Shown one piece after another: positions 9,164 to 18,179 of a stretch of 64,000 nt of DNA. The DNA lies in IMG/VR virus record IMGVR_UViG_2718218017_000002, positions 1-64,000 of that record, one strand, 5' to 3'. The position numbers and the translations under genes were made by a program. The DNA is from a virus. Lineage: Duplodnaviria > Caudoviricetes. The stretch's first letter is position 1. Each line of letters starts with the position of its first letter. The notes under the pieces are model-generated. The model saw only the letters and a list, made by a program, of their open reading frames with translations, ran no database searches and was not told where the DNA came from.

Positions 9164-9510
9164 TTTCCTCCAAAAACATCCATATAACTAATATTTTCTA
9201 CTTCTTTTAGAAAACTTAAATTAGTAAATCCTGCCACTACACCCTTTTTAAAATAATATTCTGCTTCTAAACAAGTCATTTCCGTAACTTTAGAATCAAA
9301 TTCATCCAATAAATTTTGACATTCTTTTGGAAGCTGATTGCGTAAGGTATGGTACATTTCATCACGTTCAGAAGTTAATTGATCCCATTTATCAATATTC
9401 TTTATATCAGTTATATCTTCTGAAATATGCTCAAATTCATTTCTTATAGCCCCATCAACAACATTCTTCAACGTTCTTTCTTTAATTTCAATTACATCAT
9501 TATTTTTCAT
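9160..9510 (-). CDS. hypothetical protein
   Basis: 116-aa ORF with GGAGG RBS; EAEYYFKKGVVAG. Confidence 0.65.
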   Translation of the reverse strand: MKNNDVIEIKERTLKNVVDGAIRNEFEHISEDITDIKNIDKWDQLTSERDEMYHTLRNQLPKECQNLLDEFDSKVTEMTCLEAEYYFKKGVVAGFTNLSFLKEVENISYMDVFGGK

Positions 9511-9599
9511 AATTTATTTATTCCTCCTTGACATTTGCTGCTAAAAGAAGTAAATTAAAACTGTGGGGTTTGCTTCTTTCGGCAAACTTATTTTTTTAT

Positions 9600-10001
9600 T
9601 TAAATTCTTATTCTGGCCTTTATTCCTTCATTAAGTGGAATATTTTCTTCATCATAATTATAGAAATAATATCCACCATACTTGGAGCTATGCTCTATTC
9701 TTCCATCTTCCCACACACCATATTTAGTATTGTAAATCTCTAATGGGTATCCACATGTCAATTCCACATCATTTAACATATATCTACTACTAGAATTTAA
9801 TTGCAAATAACCCTGTTCTGTTTCCTTTGAATAATGCTCTATATCCCTTATAAAGTCTCCCATATCTTCAAGCACTTTTTCCAATGCCATGTATGCTTTG
9901 CCATCTTCAAAACTTTTTACTTCAGACCTTCCATATATTCCTTTAAGTTGTATTAAAGCATTTTCAGCTATTGCCATTGCCCTTAAATAGTCTTTATTCA
10001 T
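9600..10001 (-). CDS. DUF5348-like hypothetical protein
   Basis: ELTCGYPLEIY...WEDGRIEHS...YYFY...LNEGIKARIR pattern. Confidence 0.6.
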   Translation of the reverse strand: MNKDYLRAMAIAENALIQLKGIYGRSEVKSFEDGKAYMALEKVLEDMGDFIRDIEHYSKETEQGYLQLNSSSRYMLNDVELTCGYPLEIYNTKYGVWEDGRIEHSSKYGGYYFYNYDEENIPLNEGIKARIRI

Positions 10002-12259
10002 AACTTACCTCCTTCAAATGGATTTATATTGTCATTAACTTCTTCAAAGTCAATAATTTCTATATCAAGCCAATATCTTAGACTGTTACTTACTTTGTCT
10101 TTTACTCCAAAGCTCTTAAACTGTCTTCCAAATTGTACCTTATTCATTGGCGTAATTTCATTTAGATAACACCAGTTAAGATAACATTTATATACATCAT
10201 CTTTTAAAATCCTAGTGCCTTTTGTAGATGATATTTCTATCTTGGATTTAAAGAAAGAGTATGCACTGTCAACCTCCTGTCTGTATTCTTCCATTTCCTG
10301 TTCTGATACTTCACTTGTTGTAACTTTCCACTTATTAGCCTTAACTCTTTGCAACCCTTCATAGCTCCACATAAAAACAATATCTAATTCATTGGCAATA
10401 ATTCTATCTGAAATACCTGTATCTTTAACCTTATCCCTTACCCTTTCTGAAACTTCTTTCTCTGTTCCAAAAGATACATTGAAAGGTATAATCACAGGCC
10501 GCCTGAAAAATCCCGTAGATTTATCTGCTGCACTTGGCATCCTGTTTAATCCGAAAAACATAGTCATATTGAATCCCATTCTAACTAAATCTTTATTTTT
10601 CCTATTTACCAATACAGGTTCCCCGCAACACATAGATTTAAAAAATTTATGCACTGTTTTTCCTGAGAGTTCGTCATCCCTTACTGAATTTATATGTTTT
10701 CCCTCGGCCATAGATATTACAAAAGGCTCTCCAAAATCACCTAGTCCGATAGTACAAATATATCTATTATCATTTATTAGAGCTTCCTGTATATCAAATG
10801 CGGCACTTTTTCCATTGCTGCCTTCACCTTTATATATGAAACACTGCTGTACTTCTCTGCTGTGGGGAGATAGCATAAGTCCCCATGATTCTTGAAGTGT
10901 TATTATGCTGCCTTCATCCAGTGTACTTTCTAAAAACTTTTTAAATTCTGAATTATTAAACTGATCTTTCCAATCTTCTATATAGTTAGCCTGAAATTGA
11001 ATTTCTAGCTTATATTTAGGGTTGTGAGGTAATAACTGTCCTGTTTCTATGTCAATTACACCATTAAGGCAGTTAATATATCTTTTTTCATCATGGATAT
11101 TCCTTGCATCCTCACTATTTAACATTAATAATTCTGCAAAGTTTTTTGACCTTGTAACTGTCTTATCCTTGTTATTTATTGCATACTTGAAAAACATTCT
11201 CTGGACTTCTCTTAGCTCCATATAGTCGTAAAATCCTTTTTTGGCATTATATAAGTACCATAGATTACCCTTTGTATAACTTGGCTGTTCCTTAATTATA
11301 TGTTGAACTAAACTCCAGTTATCAATATTACCTTTACTGTCACAATAGGGAGGAAAAGCATATTTAAGAATACTGTCAACTTTTTTTTCTACTTCCTCAT
11401 TACTTAATGGTGGAATAAACCAACTCCTATTGTATGTGATTGTATGGGGCAATAGAGCTTCCTTAGTTCTCATATTAGGGTTATTTTTAATCATTGAACC
11501 TAGCCAACTTATCAGTGTTGTATCTCTATCTCCTTCATTTACAGGTCTATAATATTTACTTTTTGACATAATAGTGGCTCCATCAAAAGACTTATCAGAT
11601 ATGGCATTTATGTTCCTTTGTTGCACTTTATCCAGTTCTATTAGTTTTTCAAATAGCACCTGCGGTATATCCTGAATAGTTTGTTTTAATGCTTTATACC
11701 CTCTAACTTCATCATCAATTTTTACCTTGCTATCAGGTACTACTATTAAACCACCATCAGTTCTTATGTCCACACCTGGTATATAATTGGCTCTACTTTT
11801 CAATCCTTCTCTATAATTGAAATATAAATGAGTACCGCCTCTAGGGGTTATAACCTTAAAAGTATTAGTTATAATATCCTTTTGCTCTGTAGGGAAATCT
11901 TTTATAAAATCATTAAAGCTATCATATCCATTAATATTACTATGGTTGCAATCAATGTCTATAACAATGATGCCGCTATCCTTACCACATATTAATGACA
12001 TTCCTGTTAAACTGCCACCTTTTATTTCCCCATTTACCTCTCTCTTATATATAGATTCTAAAACTTCAAGCTCCTTGATATTCTTAATCCAAAAATCCTT
12101 ATTCTTCCACGGGAATACTGGAATCTTAGAATAATTTACAAGAGGAACTGCTGGAAATAAATTTTTCTCTATTGTTGAAGTAAATTCTTTCCCTGTCACC
12201 TCGTTTTCACCTACTTTTATTACATTCCTTATCTGCCCATTTTTGAAGTAACTCGGCAT
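9998..12259 (-). CDS. Prim-Pol primase fused to P4/D5-family SF3 helicase
   Basis: IIVIDID, TPRGGTHLYF, GVDIRTDGG, PriCT-like EGDRD..PPLS, Walker A GEGSNGKS; true start may be GTG at 12199. Confidence 0.9.
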   Translation of the reverse strand: MPSYFKNGQIRNVIKVGENEVTGKEFTSTIEKNLFPAVPLVNYSKIPVFPWKNKDFWIKNIKELEVLESIYKREVNGEIKGGSLTGMSLICGKDSGIIVIDIDCNHSNINGYDSFNDFIKDFPTEQKDIITNTFKVITPRGGTHLYFNYREGLKSRANYIPGVDIRTDGGLIVVPDSKVKIDDEVRGYKALKQTIQDIPQVLFEKLIELDKVQQRNINAISDKSFDGATIMSKSKYYRPVNEGDRDTTLISWLGSMIKNNPNMRTKEALLPHTITYNRSWFIPPLSNEEVEKKVDSILKYAFPPYCDSKGNIDNWSLVQHIIKEQPSYTKGNLWYLYNAKKGFYDYMELREVQRMFFKYAINNKDKTVTRSKNFAELLMLNSEDARNIHDEKRYINCLNGVIDIETGQLLPHNPKYKLEIQFQANYIEDWKDQFNNSEFKKFLESTLDEGSIITLQESWGLMLSPHSREVQQCFIYKGEGSNGKSAAFDIQEALINDNRYICTIGLGDFGEPFVISMAEGKHINSVRDDELSGKTVHKFFKSMCCGEPVLVNRKNKDLVRMGFNMTMFFGLNRMPSAADKSTGFFRRPVIIPFNVSFGTEKEVSERVRDKVKDTGISDRIIANELDIVFMWSYEGLQRVKANKWKVTTSEVSEQEMEEYRQEVDSAYSFFKSKIEISSTKGTRILKDDVYKCYLNWCYLNEITPMNKVQFGRQFKSFGVKDKVSNSLRYWLDIEIIDFEEVNDNINPFEGGKL

Positions 12260-12431
12260 TTACAAAATATTTTGTACCTATTTTAAAGGCTGGAAAATCC
12301 TTTCTCTTCAATAAATCTTGATACATTGTGTTTCGGCCAACTCCTAAGAGTTCCATAGTTTCTATTGGAGTAACTAATATAACCTTTTTATTATCATGCT
12401 TCAATTTATCAGCAATTTTATAATCTTCCAT
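12207..12431 (-). CDS. excisionase-like HTH protein
   Basis: VTPIETMELLGVGRNTMY...FPAFKIGTKYFV. Confidence 0.8.
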   Translation of the reverse strand: MEDYKIADKLKHDNKKVILVTPIETMELLGVGRNTMYQDLLKRKDFPAFKIGTKYFVNAELLQKWADKECNKSR

Positions 12432-12601
12432 TAGTCTAAATCCCCCTTATCAAGTAAATTCTTTTTTTGTTTCAGCAGTTCAGTAAGTGCTTTTTGATGT
12501 ATCGCTTTATCTTTAGGACTATCTTTAGGTATAATTGTCTTTAGAGCCTTTATAGCTCTATCTAGCTTCCTTAAGTCATTTGGTGGTATAAATTCTAGCA
12601 T
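12431..12601 (-). CDS. 56-aa protein homologous to prophage ORF 24603-24770 (not in ORF track)
   Basis: GGAG RBS; KLD..I.AL......D..KDK.IHQ.A motif shared. Confidence 0.65.
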   Translation of the reverse strand: MLEFIPPNDLRKLDRAIKALKTIIPKDSPKDKAIHQKALTELLKQKKNLLDKGDLD

Positions 12602-12624
12602 CTTACCCCATCTCCTTTTTAAAA

Positions 12625-13422
12625 TTAAGCCGCTATGTCTTTAGCAAATACCTTATTAAATCTATTTCTTAAATTTGTAAATCTAATCTTACAAGTATTC
12701 TTAATCATTACTTTCCTAGATTTATAATCCATGTTGTTTAAAATCAAACTGCCATTTAATATCTGTAACTCTAATAGAGCTTTATTACACTCCAACTGTA
12801 AGTTATCTCTAGTTGCATCCTTCTGATCTACCTCTAAAATAGTTTTTAGTTTCTTAGCACTATATCCCAATAAAGCTCTATTTATCATATTTGCTTCATT
12901 GCTATATACATAATTTGGAGCTTTTTTAACATCTGGGTGATTTTCTAAGTAATTAGCATCAATAACTTTACACATTTCCTTATATCCCTGTTTTTGAGGA
13001 AATCTTAATTTTTCCCATTCAATACCGTCTTTAGTGGCTTTCTCTAACTTAATGAAATAATCACAAACTAAATCTCCATAAACTGTATTTTCTCTCATTG
13101 CAATTTTCTTAGCACAATTAAGGGTTAGGGTATAATCAACTTGTGGCCTTTTTAAATTTCCAACCTCGACAAATCTGTCGACCTTAGAAAAATCTTCATT
13201 TTCCTTATAATTTTGATTTAACAATTTTCGTTCTATCCATTTATTAAATTCCCTGTGAGGTTTCGCTAATTCTTCCCATAACGTCCTAGCGTTAACACAA
13301 GCTCCTTCTCTATCTTCAATCATTATTGATGGAAATTTTCTTTGTGCCTCTATAACTAACTTAGTATCAGTTTCATTCATTCCTAAATTATTCTTTAAAA
13401 AACTCATTGTAAATTTTTTCAT
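12625..13422 (-). CDS. AntA/AntB-family antirepressor
   Basis: VNARTLWEEL...EFNKWIERKL...ENEDF...DYTLTLNCAKKIAM; start set at 13422 after AGGAGG. Confidence 0.8.
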   Translation of the reverse strand: MKKFTMSFLKNNLGMNETDTKLVIEAQRKFPSIMIEDREGACVNARTLWEELAKPHREFNKWIERKLLNQNYKENEDFSKVDRFVEVGNLKRPQVDYTLTLNCAKKIAMRENTVYGDLVCDYFIKLEKATKDGIEWEKLRFPQKQGYKEMCKVIDANYLENHPDVKKAPNYVYSNEANMINRALLGYSAKKLKTILEVDQKDATRDNLQLECNKALLELQILNGSLILNNMDYKSRKVMIKNTCKIRFTNLRNRFNKVFAKDIAA

Positions 13423-13426
13423 TACT

Positions 13427-13636
13427 TTATCCCTCCTTTTCTTCATCATTGAAAAATAGTTCTTTTGGATCTATGTCAAGTTGTTTGCAAATTTTTTTCA
13501 TTACTTTAACACTTGGATATTTACTTCCATTTTCTATTTGATAGTAGTATGATTCTGATATTCCTATGTCTTTTGAAATTGTAAATACCGATATTCTTTT
13601 TTCTATTCTTTTAATTTTTAATTTTGAATATTTCAT
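13427..13636 (-). CDS. Cro-like XRE HTH regulator
   Basis: ISKDIGISESYYYQIENGSKYPS; divergent from repressor. Confidence 0.85.
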   Translation of the reverse strand: MKYSKLKIKRIEKRISVFTISKDIGISESYYYQIENGSKYPSVKVMKKICKQLDIDPKELFFNDEEKEG

Positions 13637-13812
13637 TTCACCACCTCTTTACACTTATAGTATACTATTTTATGATATTAGTGCAATGGGCAAATACCGC
13701 GATAATTGGTGGTTATATTTAATTATGTATCGTATACTTTATTTTTCATACTATTATACTATAGGTGCAATTTTTGTAATTATAATGTATAATAATATTG
13801 GAGGTTGAAGTC

Positions 13813-14385
13813 ATGATTAATACGAAACTTATAAAAGATATAAGAGAATCTGCAAAAATGTCTATAAAGCAACTAGCTGATCATACAAAGCTCAGTACAT
13901 CATATTTATATCAAGTTGAACGTGGAGATAAAGAGCCATCTTTAAGTGCATTAAATAAAATATCGAAAGCCCTTAATACACCAACTAGTGCCTTTTTAGG
14001 TAACCATGAGGCGGTAAATAATTTTTTTATTAACAGAGTAGATCCTAAAAAAAATAAATCAACTTATGTTCACAATCTGGAGCATTACCATAAAGTATTT
14101 CCTGGTGCCAAAGACTTAAGTGACATAATGGATAGAATTAAATCTGGTGATGAAGTTCTACCAGATGAAATAATGGCCATATATAATAAATACAGATTAC
14201 TTTTACATGAGAATAATCCCAGACTCATATTTGAAGAACTATTAAAAAGTATGAAATATGATGTAAATAATATTGATATCACTTACTTATATGATAAGAT
14301 AAGAGAACAAATTAGATTGGAAATTAAATTTATGGAAGATAGAAATAGAAACGCCATTAATAACACTAATTCTAATGATAATTAA
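13813..14385 (+). CDS. XRE-family repressor of the satellite
   Basis: LADHTKLSTSYLYQVERGDKEPSL. Confidence 0.85.
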   Translation: MINTKLIKDIRESAKMSIKQLADHTKLSTSYLYQVERGDKEPSLSALNKISKALNTPTSAFLGNHEAVNNFFINRVDPKKNKSTYVHNLEHYHKVFPGAKDLSDIMDRIKSGDEVLPDEIMAIYNKYRLLLHENNPRLIFEELLKSMKYDVNNIDITYLYDKIREQIRLEIKFMEDRNRNAINNTNSNDN

Positions 14386-14390
14386 TCTAA

Positions 14391-14536
14391 AGTACAGAAT
14401 GTGTACTGTTATAAATTCAATCTGTACTGCCTTTAAACCCTTGAAAATACTCAATTAGTACAGATAGTACACATAGTACAGATAAAAAAACAAAAATAAA
14501 AAATACACTTGCACATCTTGCACACTGCACATAATT
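14391..14536. promoter_or_regulatory. 9-mer iteron-like array B upstream of the satellite integrase
   Basis: 14457-14483 is the exact reverse complement of 1075-1101. Confidence 0.6.
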
Positions 14537-14557
14537 CATTTTGGAAGGAGAAAAGCT

Positions 14558-15721
14558 ATGGCTAAAACTACATACAGAAAAAGAAAAATCAATGGCAAGG
14601 AATACTACTTTTACAGGTTAAGACATAAGAATTTAAAAAAGCCTAAAGACATGTATGGCACCACTGTTAAGGAGCTTAATACTAAAATAAAAAGTGCTGT
14701 AAATGAGCTTGATAATGGTATTACTGATAATAGAGAATACTTTGGAGCCTTTATAAAGGAATGGCTGTATAATACACATCTAGTAAACAAAAAGCCCTCT
14801 ACTAGAGAGAGGTATGACAGTGTATTCAGAAATTATATTGATGACAGTCCTATATATGATATTAAATTAAAGGACTTAACCCCATTAGATATACAGGACT
14901 ATTATAAAAAGCTGGTGGCAGCGGGGAAAAGTATAGCAGCCATAAAGAACCTTCATAAGTTAATAGCTCCTGCAATCAGATACGCCTATGATAGTAATAA
15001 AATTGTAAAAGACTTTTCAAGAGCCATAGTATTACCACAGGACAATGAGCAAAAGAAATTGAATAAAATTAATGATGTAAGGCCATTTACTATAGATGAA
15101 CAAATGAAATTTATCAAGGCCATAGAAGGAGAGCCTTTGGAGATGCTTTTTCTTACCGCCATTGATACTGGACTAAGGCAAGGAGAATTATTTGCTCTTA
15201 CCTGGAAGGATATAGATTTTAATAATTCATGTATTAGAGTGAATAAGTCTTTTAAAAGCATCAGGAATATTGATAGCGGGACATATGAAAGTATTACCCA
15301 GACACCTAAAACCATCAATGCTATTAGAGTAGTACCTATACCAGAACATTTAATACCTAAATTAAAACAGTACAAATTACAGCAAAAGAAATTGAAATTC
15401 AAATTAGCTAATTTATATGAAGATAATAACCTCGTGTTCTGTAATGAGTTTGGCAAGCATTTGGATAGCAGCAATGTTCGTAAAAAGTTAAAGAAAATAC
15501 TTGAAAGCATTGGCCTTCCAGATAGGAGATTTCACGATTTAAGACATACCTTTGCCACTAGATTATTTGAATTAGGTGAAAATCCTAAAACAGTACAGGA
15601 GTTACTCGGACATGGTAATATTTCCATAACTTTAGATACATATACTCATGTATTAGCTGATATGAAAGTAAAGGCAGTATCAAAATTGAATGATTTATAT
15701 TCAAGTATGAGGGAAAAATAA
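14558..15721 (+). CDS. int: tyrosine integrase of the satellite
   Basis: TGLRQGE (R), FHDLRHTFAT (H-x-x-R), LLGH and TYTHV (H, Y). Confidence 0.95.
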   Translation: MAKTTYRKRKINGKEYYFYRLRHKNLKKPKDMYGTTVKELNTKIKSAVNELDNGITDNREYFGAFIKEWLYNTHLVNKKPSTRERYDSVFRNYIDDSPIYDIKLKDLTPLDIQDYYKKLVAAGKSIAAIKNLHKLIAPAIRYAYDSNKIVKDFSRAIVLPQDNEQKKLNKINDVRPFTIDEQMKFIKAIEGEPLEMLFLTAIDTGLRQGELFALTWKDIDFNNSCIRVNKSFKSIRNIDSGTYESITQTPKTINAIRVVPIPEHLIPKLKQYKLQQKKLKFKLANLYEDNNLVFCNEFGKHLDSSNVRKKLKKILESIGLPDRRFHDLRHTFATRLFELGENPKTVQELLGHGNISITLDTYTHVLADMKVKAVSKLNDLYSSMREK

Positions 15722-15748
15722 CCCTCTATTTTTTTATTTTATAAAAAT

Positions 15749-15775
15749 CTATAAGGGGTAAAAAAAGGGGTAAAA
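15749..15775. repeat. integrase arm-type site pair, right end of satellite
   Basis: Two AAGGGGTAAAA units; near-identical to 866-892. Confidence 0.7.
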
Positions 15776-15797
15776 TTTAATTTAAAGACAAAATAAT

Positions 15798-15827
15798 AAC
15801 CGTTGAAACTTAGTGTTTCCAACGGTT
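15798..15827 (-). terminator. hairpin downstream of the tRNA 3' fragment
   Basis: AACCGTTG...CAACGGTT stem next to the CCA end. Confidence 0.6.
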
Positions 15828-15829
15828 TC

Positions 15830-15867
15830 TGGTGCATCAGAGAGGACTTGAACCCCCGGCACGCTGG
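15830..15867 (-). repeat. att core copy 2 at the satellite/prophage junction
   Basis: Identical to 726-763; flanked by two convergent integrase genes. Confidence 0.85.
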
Positions 15868-15982
15868 AACGACCACATACAAAAAATAACTTCAGATAAT
15901 TTTGCATATCTGTTGATAGTACTTAATTTAATGTATTTATTTGACTATAAAATATAATAAATATTGATATGTATATATAACT

Positions 15983-16004
15983 AATGTGTTAAAAATGTGT
16001 TAAA
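15983..16004. repeat. integrase arm-type site pair of the prophage
   Basis: AATGTGTTAAA twice, 11-bp period, at the integrase 3' end. Confidence 0.55.
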
Positions 16005-17157
16005 CAAATAAGTCATTTAATGTCTCCACAGTATCCATTTTTTGCTTAGGCATAACGTGAGTATATATATCAGCTGTTATAGAACTACGACTATGGCCAA
16101 GAAGTCTTTGAACAGTTTCTAATCTATTATTACGCTCAAATAGTTTAGTTGCGTATGTATGTCTCAAACAGTGAAAATTACGATAAGGAATATTAGCCTT
16201 TTTTAAAGCACGTGAATAAGCTCTAATCAAATTTCTTGAATCTATAGTGCCTCCTGTTGATGTTGCAAAAACATAATTGTTATCAATATATGAGTCGCCA
16301 GCAAGTAATTTTTCTTCTTTCTGTTGTATTTTATGCCTTTTTAATGCAGGGATTAATTTTGAAGGTATTGGAACAGTTCTTATGCTACTTTGTGATTTAG
16401 GAGTTTGCTCTATAGTTTTATATGTTCTAACATTATCAGATTCTATCATGCTAACTTTTTTGAGAGATGTTTTTACGTGGAGCTCCATTTTATCCATGTC
16501 AATATTGTACCATTTTAAAGCCAGTAATTCTCCTTGCCTCAATCCTGTACCGAGATCAAGTAAAAATAAGGCTTTCAGTCGATTATTATTTAAGGAATCT
16601 TTAAATTTTATAATCTCATCATCTGTAAAGACTTGTATTTCTCGTTTTTGTACGTCTTTTTTACCAGGGATAGATAATCTATAACAGGGATTCTTAGCAA
16701 TATAGCCCTCATCTACAGCATAATTTAAAAATTCTCTCAGTAATTTATTGAGATTTTTAATGACATTACTGCTTTTACCTGACTTGTACAATTTATTATA
16801 ATATCTTTGAAGTTGTATACTTTGCAAATTGCAAATTTTAACACCATAGATATTATTATTTTTAATATAATTTCTATATATTCCTTCGTATCTTTCAAAA
16901 GTAGATGGTTTCAATTGATCTTTCATTACTTCAAATAACCACAGATGCATTAAATTTCCAAAACCTACATCTTGAAAATTTACAGCAAGTCCATTCTTTA
17001 TACCATTTAAATATTCATCTTTCTTGTCTTCAGCCTCTTTTTTTGTTTTCCCATAGAATTGTTTTCGTATTACTTTTCCATTCCCGTCACGTCCTACTAC
17101 GGCTGTAACTCTGTAATATTCAGAACCATTAATTTTAGTATTAGTTTTTCTTGCCAT
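16000..17157 (-). CDS. int: tyrosine integrase of the prophage
   Basis: TGLRQGE, FHCLRHTYAT, LLGHS, IYTHV. Confidence 0.95.
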   Translation of the reverse strand: MARKTNTKINGSEYYRVTAVVGRDGNGKVIRKQFYGKTKKEAEDKKDEYLNGIKNGLAVNFQDVGFGNLMHLWLFEVMKDQLKPSTFERYEGIYRNYIKNNNIYGVKICNLQSIQLQRYYNKLYKSGKSSNVIKNLNKLLREFLNYAVDEGYIAKNPCYRLSIPGKKDVQKREIQVFTDDEIIKFKDSLNNNRLKALFLLDLGTGLRQGELLALKWYNIDMDKMELHVKTSLKKVSMIESDNVRTYKTIEQTPKSQSSIRTVPIPSKLIPALKRHKIQQKEEKLLAGDSYIDNNYVFATSTGGTIDSRNLIRAYSRALKKANIPYRNFHCLRHTYATKLFERNNRLETVQRLLGHSRSSITADIYTHVMPKQKMDTVETLNDLFV

Positions 17158-17213
17158 TTAAAATCCTCCTTAAACATAAAATTATACTGAAAGGAGCCTT
17201 AAAGCCCCTTTGA

Positions 17214-17339
17214 TTAATCATTATTCTTTAAAGTGTGATAAATCTTTTTCAGTAACCTTTTCAATCGCCTATTTTTTTCAGTTAGTTTTTCTATTTTATT
17301 TTGTAGTGCTAATTCTCTGTTATTAAATTCTCCTTCCAT
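17214..17339 (-). CDS. 41-aa coiled-coil protein upstream of int (not in ORF track)
   Basis: MEGEFNNRELALQNKIEKLTEKNRRLKRLL...; GGGGG RBS. Confidence 0.55.
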   Translation of the reverse strand: MEGEFNNRELALQNKIEKLTEKNRRLKRLLKKIYHTLKNND

Positions 17340-17383
17340 ACTTAGTTCCCCCTTGCCTTTTATTAATAATATGCCTTTTGTAC

Positions 17384-17397
17384 AGAACATCCGTTCT
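17384..17397. promoter_or_regulatory. LexA/DinR (SOS) box
   Basis: AGAACATCCGTTCT fits the Firmicute GAAC-N4-GTTC consensus. Confidence 0.6.
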
Positions 17398-17668
17398 AAT
17401 TCGTTACTACCATATTACCATAAAATTGTTAGCATATCCACTTTTCTTAAAGTTTCCCTCACTATCTGAGAGGCCTCCTTTATTATTAAATTTAAACAGT
17501 GCACCTTTTATTGCCTATATTATAACCCGATTCTTGTTTGCGGGCAGCGTAATTTAGGACAATCGTATGTCAATATTTGAAGTTTTCCAGCATTTTAATA
17601 TTTGTTTCGACATTTAATATATTGTACTATGTAATAAATGTCAAAACAAAGGTGGGAAATAATTAAAA

Positions 17669-17920
17669 ATGATGCTTTTTATAAAACAATACAGAGAAGA
17701 CAAAAATATTGATTTAAGAAGTCTTGCCATTCAAGCAAATTGTTCATATAGTTATTTAAACCAATTGGAAAACAATATAAAAAAGAATCCAGGATTAGAT
17801 ATACTTGTTAGAGTAGGATATGCCCTCCAGGTATGCCCTATAAGATTATTAGGAGGTTGCTATGGGGGCTACTGTAATCCTAAATGCTATTATTATAAAT
17901 CTTATTATATCATACCTTAA
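17669..17920 (+). CDS. XRE HTH protein with Cys-rich tail
   Basis: LAIQANCSYSYLNQLENNIKKNPGLD. Confidence 0.75.
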   Translation: MMLFIKQYREDKNIDLRSLAIQANCSYSYLNQLENNIKKNPGLDILVRVGYALQVCPIRLLGGCYGGYCNPKCYYYKSYYIIP

Positions 17921-17943
17921 TCATGACGTCATAACGGTATGAT
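17909..17943. promoter_or_regulatory. nested palindromic operator
   Basis: ATCATACC...ATGACGTCAT...GGTATGAT upstream of the RHH gene. Confidence 0.45.
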
Positions 17944-17984
17944 GTTTTACCTCCATTCTTTAAAATTGGGATGAGGTGTTGTTT

Positions 17985-18137
17985 ATGAATGAAAAGACGA
18001 CAATATACTTAGAACCTGATTTGAAAAAGGCTGTTAGAATAGAGCTTGTTAGAGATGGGGAAAATCAAAGTTTGAGTAATTTAATAAACCAGTTATTATA
18101 CAAATGGCTATCTGAAAAAGAAAAAAATGATTTCTAA
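17985..18137 (+). CDS. ribbon-helix-helix (CopG/Arc-like) regulator (not in ORF track)
   Basis: KTTIYLEPDLKKAVRI...SLSNLINQLL; GAGG RBS. Confidence 0.65.
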   Translation: MNEKTTIYLEPDLKKAVRIELVRDGENQSLSNLINQLLYKWLSEKEKNDF

Positions 18138-18142
18138 ATAAA

Positions 18143-18176
18143 AAATAAAGCCTAAATAATATAAAAGGCTTTATTT
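18143..18176. terminator. bidirectional terminator
   Basis: AAATAAAGCCT...AGGCTTTATTT between convergent genes. Confidence 0.7.
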
Positions 18177-18179
18177 TTT

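Larger units (their letters stand above)
726..15867. mobile_element. capsid-forming phage satellite (cf-PICI-like), ~15.1 kb
   Basis: 38-bp direct repeats; integrase, regulators, primase-helicase and full head/packaging module; no tail or lysis genes. Confidence 0.85.

Noticed and set aside
2809-16684. Antisense ORFs such as 2809-3021, 5357-5623, 5810-6262, 10392-10895, 14986-15510, 16277-16684
   Set aside because: Shadow frames opposite well-supported genes, with Ser/Phe/Leu/Ile-rich composition and no RBS.
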